This document shows, piece by piece, positions 39,373 to 51,298 of a stretch of DNA of 64,000 nucleotides (positions within the stretch are counted from its first letter, which is position 1; the number at the start of each line of letters is the position of its first letter). The stretch spans positions 73,868 to 137,867 of the forward strand of contig OZ246398.1 in the NCBI GenBank assembly GCA_965230995.1. The letters are read 5' to 3'. Under the pieces are notes generated by a model that did no database searches, was not told where the DNA came from, and worked only from the letters and a program-made list of their open reading frames with translations. Both the position numbers and the translations under genes were made by a program. This DNA is from an uncultured Candidatus Saccharibacteria bacterium (GTDB lineage Bacteria; Patescibacteriota; Minisyncoccia; Phycocordibacterales; G965230995).

Positions 39373-40056
39373 TTATTTTACCTTCTTTGCTAGAAGTTTC
39401 TTTGCAGAAAACATCTCTATTATTTTTTCTGGATTTTCAAAAACTACGTATTTGTTGTTTAGAACATCTAGAACATTTAGGTTTCTCGCTTCGATTGCTG
39501 AAAGATTACCAAAGTTTGCAAAACTTTTTTCTACATTGATATCTTTGCTATCAAGAGCGATTACACCAGCATTTCTTTTCTTTGATGCAAGGTATGAAAA
39601 ATTCTTTTCTGCTTTGCTAAGTGATGCGATGACTTCTTTTGCTGTCTTTGTTTTTGGAGCGTCAAAAGAAAAATCTTCTACAAAAATCACTTCGCCGTTT
39701 GTAAGTTTTCGAGAAAGCACAGTATATAGAGCCTTTGTCTTCATCTTTCTGTTTACCTTTCGGTCAAAATTCTTTTCATTTCGAGGACCGTGTGTAATAC
39801 CTCCTTTTACCCAAATAGGAGATCTAGAAGATCCGTGTCTTGCTCTACCTGTTCCCTTCTGTTGCCAAGGCTTTTTTCCACCTCCGCTCACTTCGCCTCT
39901 ATCTTTTGTGTGGGCGACAGGAGTTCTCGCGGTGCTCATCATAGAATTCGCTACTTGCGAAACTAGATCCGCGTTCCAAGACAATCCAAAGACAGCCTCT
40001 GGAAGAGTTATCTTTTTTACTTCTTTTCCTTTTTGGTTATAAACAGTTGCTTCCAT
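39373..40056 (-). CDS. rplD: 50S ribosomal protein L4
   Basis: KPWQQKGTGRARHGS; ATG at 40056. Confidence 0.97.
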   Translation of the reverse strand: MEATVYNQKGKEVKKITLPEAVFGLSWNADLVSQVANSMMSTARTPVAHTKDRGEVSGGGKKPWQQKGTGRARHGSSRSPIWVKGGITHGPRNEKNFDRKVNRKMKTKALYTVLSRKLTNGEVIFVEDFSFDAPKTKTAKEVIASLSKAEKNFSYLASKKRNAGVIALDSKDINVEKSFANFGNLSAIEARNLNVLDVLNNKYVVFENPEKIIEMFSAKKLLAKKVK

Positions 40057-40097
40057 AATGCTGTCCAATATTACTTAAAATTTATATTATGTCTAGT

Positions 40098-40706
40098 TTA
40101 GGCGGTGATTTCAACAAGAGTTCCTCTCCTTCCTGCAATTGCACCCTGAATGAAAATCTGATTATTTTCTGAATCAACTGCAACTACTTTTAGGTTCTTT
40201 GTTGTAATTCTATCTCCACCCATTCTTCCTGCCATTCTCATTCCTTTTGGTACTCGGCCTCCATTTCTAGTACCTCCAGAAATAGAACCTGGTGCGTTTT
40301 CTGAGTGTTTCTGTCCGTGTGATCTTGGGCCTCCTTTGAAACCGTGTCTTTTTATGACGCTCTGAAAACCTTTTCCTTTTGAGACTGCAGATACGGTTAC
40401 TATATCTCCAACAGCAAAAGAAGAAACATTTAGAGTATCACCGACTTTTTCTTCTCCTGCTTTTCCAAATTCGCGCACATGTGCAAAATTACCGAGATTT
40501 TTGAAATGACCTTGCTGAGCTTTGTTTATGTTTTTTACTTTTCTTTCGCCAAAGCCAACCTGCACGGCCTCGTATCCGTCCTTTTCTTTTGTTTTTATTT
40601 GTGTCACAACCACTGGCCCGGCATTTACTACCGTAGCGACGTGCACATTACCCGCATCATCGAAGATTTGGGTCATATTCAGTTTTTTTCCAAGTATGAA
40701 TTTCAT
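40098..40706 (-). CDS. rplC: 50S ribosomal protein L3
   Basis: SKGKGFQ..IKRH, MAGRMG. Confidence 0.97.
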   Translation of the reverse strand: MKFILGKKLNMTQIFDDAGNVHVATVVNAGPVVVTQIKTKEKDGYEAVQVGFGERKVKNINKAQQGHFKNLGNFAHVREFGKAGEEKVGDTLNVSSFAVGDIVTVSAVSKGKGFQSVIKRHGFKGGPRSHGQKHSENAPGSISGGTRNGGRVPKGMRMAGRMGGDRITTKNLKVVAVDSENNQIFIQGAIAGRRGTLVEITA

Positions 40707-40832
40707 CCCGTTTGTATTAATTTGCTATGCGCTAATTTTCATAAAGTTCACAGCCAAGTTATGAACTTTGAAACATTAATTAGCTTATTTCCGAGCCCTC
40801 TTTGAGAAGAGCTCGGATAAAGCTCGTTAATG

Positions 40833-41198
40833 CTACATCATTTTTACATCAATATTCACTCCAGAAGGAAGATTGAGGTTCGTTAGAGACTCGATCACCT
40901 TTGCGCTTGGATTGATGATATCAATTAATCGCTTGTGTGTTCGCATCTCGAATTGCTCTCGCGCGTTTTTGTAAACGAATGTTGAACGGTTAACCGTGTA
41001 CTTTTTCTTTGCAGTAGGAAGAGGGATAGGACCTAATACTTCGGCGTCGAAACGCAAAGCTGTATCCATAATCTGTTTTACTGAAAGATCAAGCACTTTG
41101 TATTCGTATGCACGAACCCTTATTCGAAGCTTGCTTCCTGTTTCCTTCTTTGTTTTTGATGTTGCCTTTGGGGCTGTTTTTGTAGCAGTTTTAGCCAT
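40833..41198 (-). CDS. rpsJ: 30S ribosomal protein S10
   Basis: [22 protein letters not shown]. Confidence 0.98.
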   Translation of the reverse strand: MAKTATKTAPKATSKTKKETGSKLRIRVRAYEYKVLDLSVKQIMDTALRFDAEVLGPIPLPTAKKKYTVNRSTFVYKNAREQFEMRTHKRLIDIINPSAKVIESLTNLNLPSGVNIDVKMM

Positions 41199-41213
41199 AT
41201 TTTTTAGTTGTAT

Positions 41214-42407
<1,194 letters not shown>

Positions 42408-42552
42408 ATAAATTATTATTAATTGATTAACTAAGAGAAGTGAGCGCGCGAGAAAGGCTCAGTACTCCCAATTAATTCTGATAATTCTTATAAATTCTGT
42501 GCTTTCGTTTGAATGATAACAAACAAAAACAACGCAAAATGCGGTACCGCCC

Positions 42553-42580
42553 ATAATAGCAGAAAGCAAGAGAGTGTCAA
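42553..42580 (-). promoter_or_regulatory. Sigma70 promoter upstream of tuf
   Basis: TTGACA-16-TATTAT with TGn extension and GC-rich discriminator, after the fusA terminator. Confidence 0.6.
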
Positions 42581-42673
42581 TAGGATTAAAGGGTTTTTCT
42601 GATTTTTTTGATACTTTTGAAAATTAGAAAAATGAGCAAAAGAAAAAAACCGGCTTTCGCCGGTTTTTTTCTT

Positions 42674-44815
42674 TTATTTTGTTCTCTTTTCAACTATTTC
42701 TTTTTCAATGTTTCCTGGAACAACTGCGTATTCTGCAAATTCCATAGTAGATGTTCCGCGACCTTCTGTCATAGAACGTAGGGCAGTAACGTATCCGAAC
42801 ATTTCAGAAAGAGGTACTTTTGCAGTGATAACCTTTAGATCGCCTCGATCACCCATACTTTCTACTTGTCCTCTTTTTGATGAAAGATTTCCAGTAATGT
42901 CACCCATGAATTTTTCTGGGACAACGACTTCGACTTTCATTATAGGTTCAAGAATAACTGGTTTTGCTCGCTTTGCCGCATCTTGGAAAGCCTGTGAAGC
43001 TGCAATCTTGTAAGCAATTTCAGAAGAGTCGACATCGTGATATGAACCAAAAGTAAGTTCTGCTGAAATATTTGTCATCTTGTATCCAGCAACAACTCCT
43101 CTTTCCATACCTTCTTTAATTCCCTTTTCAACTGCTGGGATGAATTCCTGTGGGATAACACCTCCCTTGATTGAATCGATGAATTCGAAATCAGCATATC
43201 TCTTTACGTTCTTTGGCTGTTTCTTTTCTGGATCAATAGGCGGAAGAGGTTTGATATTGATTTTAACGTGACCATATTGTCCTTTACCACCAGACTGTTT
43301 GATATATTTGTGTTCTGCTTCAGCAGTTGCCAAAATAGTTTCTTTGTAAGCAACCATTGGTTTTCCAACATTTGCTTCAACTTTGAACTCTCTTTTCATT
43401 CGGTCAACGATAATTTCAAGATGGAGTTCACCCATACCTTTGATAACAGTTTCTCCTGTCTCTGAATTAGTTTCGATTTTGAATGTTGGGTCTTCATCTG
43501 AAAGTCTCTTTAGAGCCATACCCATTTTTTCTTGGTCAGCTTTTGTCTTTGGTTCGATTCGAAGAGAGATAACTGGTTCTGGGAATTTAATTTCTTCAAG
43601 GATGATTGGATTGTTTTCATCACAGAAAGTGTGAGATGTTTTTGCTTCTTTAAGACCAACGGCAGCGGCAATTTCTCCAGCGTGTACTTCTTTTACTTCC
43701 ATTCGTTCATTTGCTTGAAGTCTCACAATTCTACCAAGTCTTTCTTTGTTTCCTGTAGTTGAGTTATACAAATATGATCCAGAAGAAACAACACCTGAAT
43801 AAACTCTAAAGAATGTAAGCTGTCCTACAAATGGATCGGCTTGCAATTTGAAAGCCAAAGCAGAGAAAGGTTCCTCGTCAGAAGCGTGTCTGACAATTTC
43901 GTTTCCTGTTTTTGGATCTATTCCTTTAATAGGAGGAACATCCAAAGGTGAAGGCAAGTAATCAACCACAGCATCCAAAACCAGTTGTACACCCTTGTTT
44001 TTCAAAGCAGATCCAGTCAAGACTGGAATAAGTTTAATATCCAAACAAGCCTTTCTAAGTGTTTTCTTTAATTCATCAACTGTGATCTCTCCTCCTTCAA
44101 AGAAACGATTCATCAGAGCTTCATCGTGTTCTACAATTTTTTCAACCAATTTTGCTCTTTCTGCTTCGGCTTCTTTTTTGTATTCTTCTGGGATTTCAGC
44201 TTCTCTGATTGCGTTTCCCATTTCTCCTTCAAAATAGAAGGCTTTCATTTTAATTAGGTCAATCACACCTTCAAATTTGTCTTCAGATCCGATAGGAAGC
44301 TGAATTTTGACAGCATTTTTGTTCAATCTGTTTAGAATTGATTGGTATGATCTTTCAAAGCTTGCTCCTGTTCGATCGAGCTTGTTTATAAAACAAATTC
44401 GTGGAACATGACTTTCGTCAGCATATCGCCAGTTAGTTTCTGATTGAGATTCAACTCCGGCAACTCCGTCGAACACGACAACAGCACCGTCGAGCACCAT
44501 AAGCGATCGCTTTACTTCTACTGTAAAGTCGATGTGTCCGGGTGTATCAATAACGTTAAATCTGTGCTTTCGAGAAAGATCCTGACCCATATAGGTAGGA
44601 TTCCAAAAACAAGTGATAGCAGCAGCGGTAATTGTAATACCTCGCTCTTTTTCCTGTTCCATCCAGTCGGTAGTTGCTTCACCATCGTGAACTTCTCCGA
44701 TTTTGTGTGATTCTCCTGTGTAATAGAGGATTCGCTCTGATGTCGTAGTTTTTCCGGCATCAATGTGAGCAATGATTCCAAAGTTACGTACTTTTTCTAA
44801 TGGATAATCTCTCAT
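42674..44815 (-). CDS. fusA: Elongation factor G
   Basis: [24 protein letters not shown]. Confidence 0.99.
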   Translation of the reverse strand: MRDYPLEKVRNFGIIAHIDAGKTTTSERILYYTGESHKIGEVHDGEATTDWMEQEKERGITITAAAITCFWNPTYMGQDLSRKHRFNVIDTPGHIDFTVEVKRSLMVLDGAVVVFDGVAGVESQSETNWRYADESHVPRICFINKLDRTGASFERSYQSILNRLNKNAVKIQLPIGSEDKFEGVIDLIKMKAFYFEGEMGNAIREAEIPEEYKKEAEAERAKLVEKIVEHDEALMNRFFEGGEITVDELKKTLRKACLDIKLIPVLTGSALKNKGVQLVLDAVVDYLPSPLDVPPIKGIDPKTGNEIVRHASDEEPFSALAFKLQADPFVGQLTFFRVYSGVVSSGSYLYNSTTGNKERLGRIVRLQANERMEVKEVHAGEIAAAVGLKEAKTSHTFCDENNPIILEEIKFPEPVISLRIEPKTKADQEKMGMALKRLSDEDPTFKIETNSETGETVIKGMGELHLEIIVDRMKREFKVEANVGKPMVAYKETILATAEAEHKYIKQSGGKGQYGHVKINIKPLPPIDPEKKQPKNVKRYADFEFIDSIKGGVIPQEFIPAVEKGIKEGMERGVVAGYKMTNISAELTFGSYHDVDSSEIAYKIAASQAFQDAAKRAKPVILEPIMKVEVVVPEKFMGDITGNLSSKRGQVESMGDRGDLKVITAKVPLSEMFGYVTALRSMTEGRGTSTMEFAEYAVVPGNIEKEIVEKRTK

Positions 44816-44875
44816 ATTTTTATATTAATTTTGAATTGAATAGATCTATAAAGACAAAGCGCAACGAACACAAAA

Positions 44876-45346
44876 CTACCAAGCGAAGTGTGCGAATGCT
44901 TTGTTTGCTTCTGCCATCTTGTGGACGTTTTCTCGTTTTGTAACTGCTGCTCCTTCGTTTTTGCTTGCGAGTATTATTTCATCAGAAAGCTTTTCTACCA
45001 TTGGTTTTCCCTTTCCTGACCTTGCGGCTGCGATTATCCATTTCATAGAATATTCTTCCTTTCGTTTTGGTCTGACTTCTACTGGAACCTGGTAGTTTGC
45101 TCCACCGACTCTTCTTGATCTAACTTCCATAGAAGGACCAACATTTCGGAGAGCCTGCTCGAATACTTCGATAGGATTTTCTGTTTTTGCTTTTTCTTTG
45201 ATTGACTCAAAAGCACCATAAACTATTTCCCTCGCTGTGTTTTTCTTTCCCTTCTCCATTATATAGTTAATGAACTTTTCAACTTTTTGTGAGCTGAATT
45301 TGATGTCAGGTTTTACTATATTTCGATTTTTTACCTTTCTTCGCAT
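44876..45346 (-). CDS. rpsG: 30S ribosomal protein S7
   Basis: SRRVGGANYQVP, MAEANKAFAH. Confidence 0.98.
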   Translation of the reverse strand: MRRKVKNRNIVKPDIKFSSQKVEKFINYIMEKGKKNTAREIVYGAFESIKEKAKTENPIEVFEQALRNVGPSMEVRSRRVGGANYQVPVEVRPKRKEEYSMKWIIAAARSGKGKPMVEKLSDEIILASKNEGAAVTKRENVHKMAEANKAFAHFAW

Positions 45347-45365
45347 ATTAGAAAATAGTTAAATA

Positions 45366-45779
45366 TTAAGCCTTCTTTGGCTTTTTGTTTCCGTAAAGTG
45401 ATCGACCCTTTCTTCGGCTTTCAACTCCGGCAGCATCGAGTCGTCCTCGAACCACCTTGTATCTTGTACCAACGTCTTTTGTCTTTCCACCTCGGACAAC
45501 CACCACAGAGTGTTCCTGTAGGTTGTGTCCCATTCCTGGAATATAGGCTGTAATTTCTTGTCCGTTTGTAAGACGAACTCTCGCGATTTTTCGTATAGCT
45601 GAGTTAGGTTTCTTTGGAGTTTTTGTTGTAACTTTTACACAAACACCTCTTTTAAATGGTGATGGGTAAAATGTTGGTTTGTTCTTTATGGTATTGAAAC
45701 CACGAAGCAACATTTTTGATCTCACTTTTCGTGAGACTTTCTTTCGTCCTTTTTTTACTAATTGATTTACTGTCGACAT
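45366..45779 (-). CDS. rpsL: 30S ribosomal protein S12
   Basis: [21 protein letters not shown]. Confidence 0.98.
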   Translation of the reverse strand: MSTVNQLVKKGRKKVSRKVRSKMLLRGFNTIKNKPTFYPSPFKRGVCVKVTTKTPKKPNSAIRKIARVRLTNGQEITAYIPGMGHNLQEHSVVVVRGGKTKDVGTRYKVVRGRLDAAGVESRRKGRSLYGNKKPKKA

Positions 45780-45913
45780 TTTATTTTAATGTTTTAACAA
45801 CTCGCTGTCCCAGCTATGAAACAGACTTTTTCTCTTTTTGTAGCATTTTAAAATTAGCCACAAAAGAAAAAACAAGTGGCAATACTTTAATACAAATTAC
45901 GTTTAAATGCAAG

Positions 45914-46528
45914 CTAAAGAAGGAGTCCTGAGATAAGCATCACAATATTTAAAAAATAGTCCCAGACAAAAAATATAAAGAAAAGTAATATTACAAAGCC
46001 ATATTTCTCTAAAATATTCTTTATGTGGCTGTATTTATATGGCAAAATAGAGAAAAGTATCTTTGAACCATCAAGAGGTGGTATCGGGACGAGGTTAAAT
46101 ATTGCCAAAATCATATTTATCATAACGATAAAACCCGTGATTTTATCGAATCCCTCATTTTGAATTCCTAAATTAGGTGCTAAATGTAGAAACACCGAGA
46201 AAACAATTGCAACACATATATTAGACAGAGGACCAGCCATAGCAACGAGTGCATCTCCCCATTTTTGATTTGATAGATTGTATGGATTATATGGAACAGG
46301 TTTTGCCCAACCAAAAACGAAATTGCCTTTTGTCGCAATTGACATAAGTAACGGGAGAATAATCGTACCAAAAGGATCGATATGCTTTACAGGATTAAGA
46401 GTTAACCTACCAGCGAGTTTTGCTGTTTTATCGCCTAGCGCAAGAGCCATATACCCATGAGAGACCTCGTGGATAATAATCGAAAAAAGTACTACTGCTA
46501 TCATTAATATCGTTTCCATAAAAAACAT
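45914..46528 (-). CDS. Site-2 protease family (M50) membrane metalloprotease
   Basis: HEVSH, AGPLSN, NLVPIPPLDG. Confidence 0.93.
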   Translation of the reverse strand: MFFMETILMIAVVLFSIIIHEVSHGYMALALGDKTAKLAGRLTLNPVKHIDPFGTIILPLLMSIATKGNFVFGWAKPVPYNPYNLSNQKWGDALVAMAGPLSNICVAIVFSVFLHLAPNLGIQNEGFDKITGFIVMINMILAIFNLVPIPPLDGSKILFSILPYKYSHIKNILEKYGFVILLFFIFFVWDYFLNIVMLISGLLL

Positions 46529-46586
46529 TGTATCACAGAAGAAATAACTATTGCGAAAAAATATACACTATGTTAGGATAGCCCGC

Positions 46587-46829
46587 ATGGCAAAGAAATG
46601 CGCAATAACAGGAAAAGGGTCAAGAATGGCTGGTGGATACAGTAACCGAACTCGAGCCACACAATTTAACCCTACAGGAATGACAAGGAAATATCCTAAT
46701 CTTCAGAAAAAGAGGATTTATATTCCTGAACTTAAAAAGACAGTGATTCTAAACGTTTCAGCTCGCGCAATCAAAACTCTAAATAAAAACGGCGCTTACA
46801 GAACACTAAAGGAAGCTGGAATAATTTAA
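46587..46829 (+). CDS. rpmB: 50S ribosomal protein L28
   Basis: MAKKCAITGK, PNLQKKRI, VSARAIKT. Confidence 0.93.
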   Translation: MAKKCAITGKGSRMAGGYSNRTRATQFNPTGMTRKYPNLQKKRIYIPELKKTVILNVSARAIKTLNKNGAYRTLKEAGII

Positions 46830-46958
46830 ATTAATTGTAAAAGCGCCCCGCCTTCGGCGGGGCGCTTTTACTTTACTTTTACAAAAAATAATATAGGGTT
46901 TTACCCAGAGTCAGACATCCGTCTGACAAAAAAGAACCTCAAACAAAGACTGAAAGCA

Positions 46959-47570
46959 ATGGCCACAAACTGGAGAGTTCAATTCGAGAGACGTCGCGAG
47001 ATATGGGTCCACAACGGAAGCGATCACACACCGCATTTGGTGCTTCCATCCGGGCTTCACTCAGACGGCTTCTTCGATGTCGAGGGAATCAAGAACAACG
47101 ACAGTCAGCTAGCGCTCGCTTCTATTGGTCTTCTGACCAAACTTTCCGGCCACATTGACCTCTGCGAAGCAGGAGGTGTCGTTGGGCACCAACATCTCGC
47201 GGAACCACTATCGAATGACATCACCCGCCGCACGCACGGCAGTGAGAGCCTCTGGGTTTCCCCAATCGGGGAGTCAGACGAGATGTCATTTTGCGAAGAA
47301 GACGCAAAGTCACTTCTAAGGAGAACGGTCATCATCTGTGATTTCGTCGCTAGCGCTGGCCGTATCAAGTCAATGGCAGATGCTGTTCTGAGGGCTGGCG
47401 GGTTAGTACTGCCTTACGCGCTCGTCCTCCTCAACCCCATGGGCTATGCCCGAATCGACGACGACATGCTCGTCATCTCGCTCGTGAACCAGCAGATGAA
47501 CAGATGGGAGCCCCAAGACTGTCCCCTGTGCAAGATGGGGTCGTCAGCCGTCAGCACCATCGACAGTTAA
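46959..47570 (+). CDS. Divergent orotate phosphoribosyltransferase-like protein
   Basis: LPSGLHSDGFFD, C-terminal CPLCK; PRPP loop degenerate (VIICDFVASAG). Confidence 0.65.
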   Translation: MATNWRVQFERRREIWVHNGSDHTPHLVLPSGLHSDGFFDVEGIKNNDSQLALASIGLLTKLSGHIDLCEAGGVVGHQHLAEPLSNDITRRTHGSESLWVSPIGESDEMSFCEEDAKSLLRRTVIICDFVASAGRIKSMADAVLRAGGLVLPYALVLLNPMGYARIDDDMLVISLVNQQMNRWEPQDCPLCKMGSSAVSTIDS

Positions 47571-47632
47571 CCCCCTCGCCAAAAAAGAAATTGGTGAGAA
47601 CCCGGCTCCGCACACAATGCGGAGCCGAAACT

Positions 47633-48445
47633 TTAAAACTCAATTCTCCCTAATGTAATTGTGGACAAAAAAGGTATCGAGAGACTTTTTAATCTATCAA
47701 TTGTTTCTTTGCTTGGATGTCCGTATTGGTTGTTTTTGCCAGCAGAAATTATTGCAACCTTTGGTTTTACATAATTCAGAAAATCTTTTGAACTCGAAGT
47801 CTTTGAACCGTGATGCCCGAGTTTCAAAACATCACTCTGCAAATCATTTTTGAATTTAGAAATTAATTTTGCCTCTACTTTCTGTGTGGCATCCCCAGTT
47901 AAAAGAAAAGAACCTTTGTTCATTTGAACCCTTGCAACTATCGACCCCTCGTTTCCTTTTTCAACATTTTCTTTTGTAAATGGAAATAATATTTTCAAAA
48001 CTACATTATTACCTAAATCTATCACTTCCCCACTTTTGACTATTTTAACAGGAATATTCTTTGACTTTGCTTTTGATAAAAAATCGCTTGCTGTTTTTGT
48101 TGTGGTCTCCGCCCCATTTATCAAAACCAAACCAATATCATAGGAATCCAAAATATATTCAAATCCTCCAATATGATCCGCGTCAAAATGTGATGCCATA
48201 ATTACATCAATATGTTTATCTCCGTATTTCATCACTTCTCGCAATTCTGGAATAACTTCTTTCCCTCTACCCGAATCAAGCAAAAGCTGATTACCGTTTT
48301 TTGATTCAATTAAAATACTGTCCCCTTGGCCAACATCAAGAAAAACTAGTCTCTCAAAACTAACAGAAAAAGTTAGAGAATATATGAAGATAAAAATAGA
48401 AAAGAAGAAAAAAGACCAAACAGATATGACTAGATATTTCTTCAT
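47633..48445 (-). CDS. ComEC-type MBL-fold hydrolase (stand-alone C-terminal domain)
   Basis: LDVGQGDS, SHFDADHIGG, LTGD, HHGSKTS, YGHP. Confidence 0.9.
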   Translation of the reverse strand: MKKYLVISVWSFFFFSIFIFIYSLTFSVSFERLVFLDVGQGDSILIESKNGNQLLLDSGRGKEVIPELREVMKYGDKHIDVIMASHFDADHIGGFEYILDSYDIGLVLINGAETTTKTASDFLSKAKSKNIPVKIVKSGEVIDLGNNVVLKILFPFTKENVEKGNEGSIVARVQMNKGSFLLTGDATQKVEAKLISKFKNDLQSDVLKLGHHGSKTSSSKDFLNYVKPKVAIISAGKNNQYGHPSKETIDRLKSLSIPFLSTITLGRIEF

Positions 48446-48516
48446 TCTACAATTTTAGCACCTTTTGTTTATGTGGCACCTTGTTATAATGAATACATAT
48501 AAGATAAAACAAAAAA

Positions 48517-49098
48517 ATGTACACACCAAAAACTTTTAACATTCCAAAACTTGTGGGTATTTCAGAGAAAACAATAGCCGAGCACATAAAACTTTACGAA
48601 GGTTATGTAAAAAATACAAATGGAATTATAGAAAAAATTAACGAGCTCGCAGTTGATTCAGAGAAAAATGCTTACCTGCTCGGTGAAGTCCAGCGAAGAT
48701 TCGGTTTTGAATTTGGAGGAATGAGAAATCATGAATATTATTTTGGCTCTCTTGAAAACGGACCGAAAGAAATATCAAAAGAAAGCGGTCTATATAAAAG
48801 CATAGAAAGCGAATATGATTCTTTTGAAAAATGGCTTACAAGATTTAAAGCAATCGCTCTAACGAGAGGCATTGGCTGGGCAATGCTATATAGAGATACA
48901 AAAACAAATAGACTTTTATCAACATGGATAGACGAACAACACATTGGGCATTTGGCTGGTTGCGAAATAATTCTTGCTTTGGATATGTGGGAACATTCTT
49001 TTGTTGCCGATTATATGCCGAGCGGTAAAAAGCAATATGTCGAAGATTTCTTTTCTAATTTGAATTGGGACTTTGTAACAGAAAATTACAAAGTATAG
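48517..49098 (+). CDS. Fe/Mn superoxide dismutase family protein
   Basis: EH..LY.GYV, NHEYYF, GIGW, LDMWEH. Confidence 0.9.
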   Translation: MYTPKTFNIPKLVGISEKTIAEHIKLYEGYVKNTNGIIEKINELAVDSEKNAYLLGEVQRRFGFEFGGMRNHEYYFGSLENGPKEISKESGLYKSIESEYDSFEKWLTRFKAIALTRGIGWAMLYRDTKTNRLLSTWIDEQHIGHLAGCEIILALDMWEHSFVADYMPSGKKQYVEDFFSNLNWDFVTENYKV

Positions 49099-50580
49099 TT
49101 ATCTATTTTTTGAAACTATTTCATTAATATTTCTTTGGATTAATTTTACTTTCCAAAGAAAGACAAGACCATAGACAATCAAAACAAAAATGATTGAGAA
49201 ATTTTTTACGTTCAAAAATGCGAACGGTAGTTTTGCCATTATTTTTATAACAAACATTTCATACAGCAATAATACATACGCCGGAAAGCCTACAATCATT
49301 CCAAAAAAAGGAGATAGATAAGTAACCAGACCAGACAAAAATCCAAAAAGCATTGTCGGTGCAATGACAGGTAATATTAGAATATTAGATAAAATCGATA
49401 CAACAGAAACATTACCCATCTTGAGAAGAATAAAAGGAACGACAAAAATTTCTACTGCAATTGTCGAAACAACTATTTCTCTGATACCGAATTTTTTAGT
49501 AAGCCATAGAAAATATTTTTCCAAATCTACAGCTAAAATCACAAGACCGAGCGTAGCTAAAAACGAAAGCTGAAACGAAATATCATAAATAACAATAAAA
49601 GGGTTCAGCATTATCATTATGAAACCTGCAATAAGTAACGCTCTCATCGCATCATATTTTCTGCCAATATATTTTCCAAGCATAGCTAGAACTACCATTA
49701 TCGTCGCTCTCATCACTGTAGATTCCATTCCAACTGCAAGAGAAAACAACACGATTCCAGAAACAGCAAAAACGAATCTAATTTTTCTCGGGAGAAAATA
49801 TGTGATTGCCATTATCATCACGCCGACTATTGCAATATTGAAACCTGATAACACTATTATATGGCTCACACCGGCACGCCTGAACAATTCCAAATTTTCC
49901 TCACCGAGAGAACTTTTGTTTCCAACGAGCAAACCGGATAGCAGAGCTGATTCAGGAAAATTAAAAACTTTTTCTATATTTCCAATAAAACTTTTTTTGA
50001 TATCAGATAGCCTAACCAACAAACCGTTTTGTCTCTCGCCTGTTTTTTCAATCTTGGCTTTTTCAATTATGTAACCAACCTTTTGGCTCTTTAAATACCC
50101 TTTGTAATCAAAAATAATTCCAGATTCATTTTCAAAATTTTCTGGCACAGAAAGCGTTCCGTTTACGATTATTTTTTCACCAAACAAAACATCTTTTTTA
50201 TCTGCTGTTCTAATTAAAATATTTTGTTTATCGGAAGTTTTTATTTTAAAGTTTCTGTAATATTTACTGTGTGTCACATCGCTTGAAACATATCCAGATA
50301 TTTGAACCGATTGATTAACTTTAGATGAAAGGCTACTTTCATTTTCAACAAAAAATAAAACCCTTGCCATTCCAAAGGAAGAAAGGATTACAAAAAATCC
50401 TAAAGCAAAAAGATAAATTTTTTGTTTAATAAAAAAGGAAGAAGCAGTCAGCAGTATTAAACCAAAGAAAAATATAAACGTAGATGCGGAAAAATTGCTT
50501 CGCAATTTTTCCGCGACCACAATACCAAAACACAGACCAGCAACCCCTATCGAAATGATTATATTATCGCGATCTCTCAC
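49099..50580 (-). CDS. comEC: ComEC/Rec2 competence protein (membrane and OB domains)
   Basis: GVSHIIVLSGFN, SFQLSFLAT, FDYKGYL. Confidence 0.93.
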   Translation of the reverse strand: MRDRDNIIISIGVAGLCFGIVVAEKLRSNFSASTFIFFFGLILLTASSFFIKQKIYLFALGFFVILSSFGMARVLFFVENESSLSSKVNQSVQISGYVSSDVTHSKYYRNFKIKTSDKQNILIRTADKKDVLFGEKIIVNGTLSVPENFENESGIIFDYKGYLKSQKVGYIIEKAKIEKTGERQNGLLVRLSDIKKSFIGNIEKVFNFPESALLSGLLVGNKSSLGEENLELFRRAGVSHIIVLSGFNIAIVGVMIMAITYFLPRKIRFVFAVSGIVLFSLAVGMESTVMRATIMVVLAMLGKYIGRKYDAMRALLIAGFIMIMLNPFIVIYDISFQLSFLATLGLVILAVDLEKYFLWLTKKFGIREIVVSTIAVEIFVVPFILLKMGNVSVVSILSNILILPVIAPTMLFGFLSGLVTYLSPFFGMIVGFPAYVLLLYEMFVIKIMAKLPFAFLNVKNFSIIFVLIVYGLVFLWKVKLIQRNINEIVSKNR

Positions 50581-51277
50581 GGAAACTTTCTATTATTTGT
50601 TTCTCGTCTTCTTCAGATACAGATTTTCTATACAAAGCACCTTTGACCCCTTTCACTCTTTCTTCGCATTCTGCCCAAGTCTTGTGTATTTTTATTTCCC
50701 CATCAACCATAGATAGATACGAATAAGCCTTTGCATTTGATCTAGTTTTTTGTCCGCTCTTTGCCTCGGCTTTAATTTCGTTTATAGAAAAATCCATTAC
50801 ATTGATTCCGTAATCTCTTATTGAACCAGAATATAATTTTACATCTATCCCATCAGCAAGATCAGATGCAATTTTGTCTGCTCTTTCGTTTCCTGGAATT
50901 CCGACATGTCCCTGCAAGAGTCTCCACTCGACACTGATACCGCTAGAATTTGAGACCAATTTTTCCCAAATATCTTTATTCAAAACATCACCGCCTGTCA
51001 TTGTCTTCCATCCTTTCCTCTGCCATCCTGAAACCCATTTTGTAATTCCATTCACAAGATAGCTCGAATCTGTATAAATAATTATCGATCTGTTTTTTGA
51101 TTTTGCATATTCCAGAGCAGACAACCCCGCCATCATCTCCATTCTGTTATTTGTTGTTTTCTTTTCAAAACCACCGAACTCAGAAATACTTTCTCCAAAA
51201 ACAACTACAGATCCCCACCCACCAGGGCCGGGATTTCCTTTTGACGCCCCATCAGTAAAAGCAATAATTTTTTCCAT
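50564..51277 (-). CDS. rnhA: Ribonuclease HI with C-terminal hybrid-binding-like domain
   Basis: TDGASKGNPGPGGW, TNNRME, TDSSY, GHVGIPGNERAD. Confidence 0.95.
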   Translation of the reverse strand: MEKIIAFTDGASKGNPGPGGWGSVVVFGESISEFGGFEKKTTNNRMEMMAGLSALEYAKSKNRSIIIYTDSSYLVNGITKWVSGWQRKGWKTMTGGDVLNKDIWEKLVSNSSGISVEWRLLQGHVGIPGNERADKIASDLADGIDVKLYSGSIRDYGINVMDFSINEIKAEAKSGQKTRSNAKAYSYLSMVDGEIKIHKTWAECEERVKGVKGALYRKSVSEEDEKQIIESFRERSR

Positions 51278-51298
51278 TTTAAAATTGTAACAGCTAAA

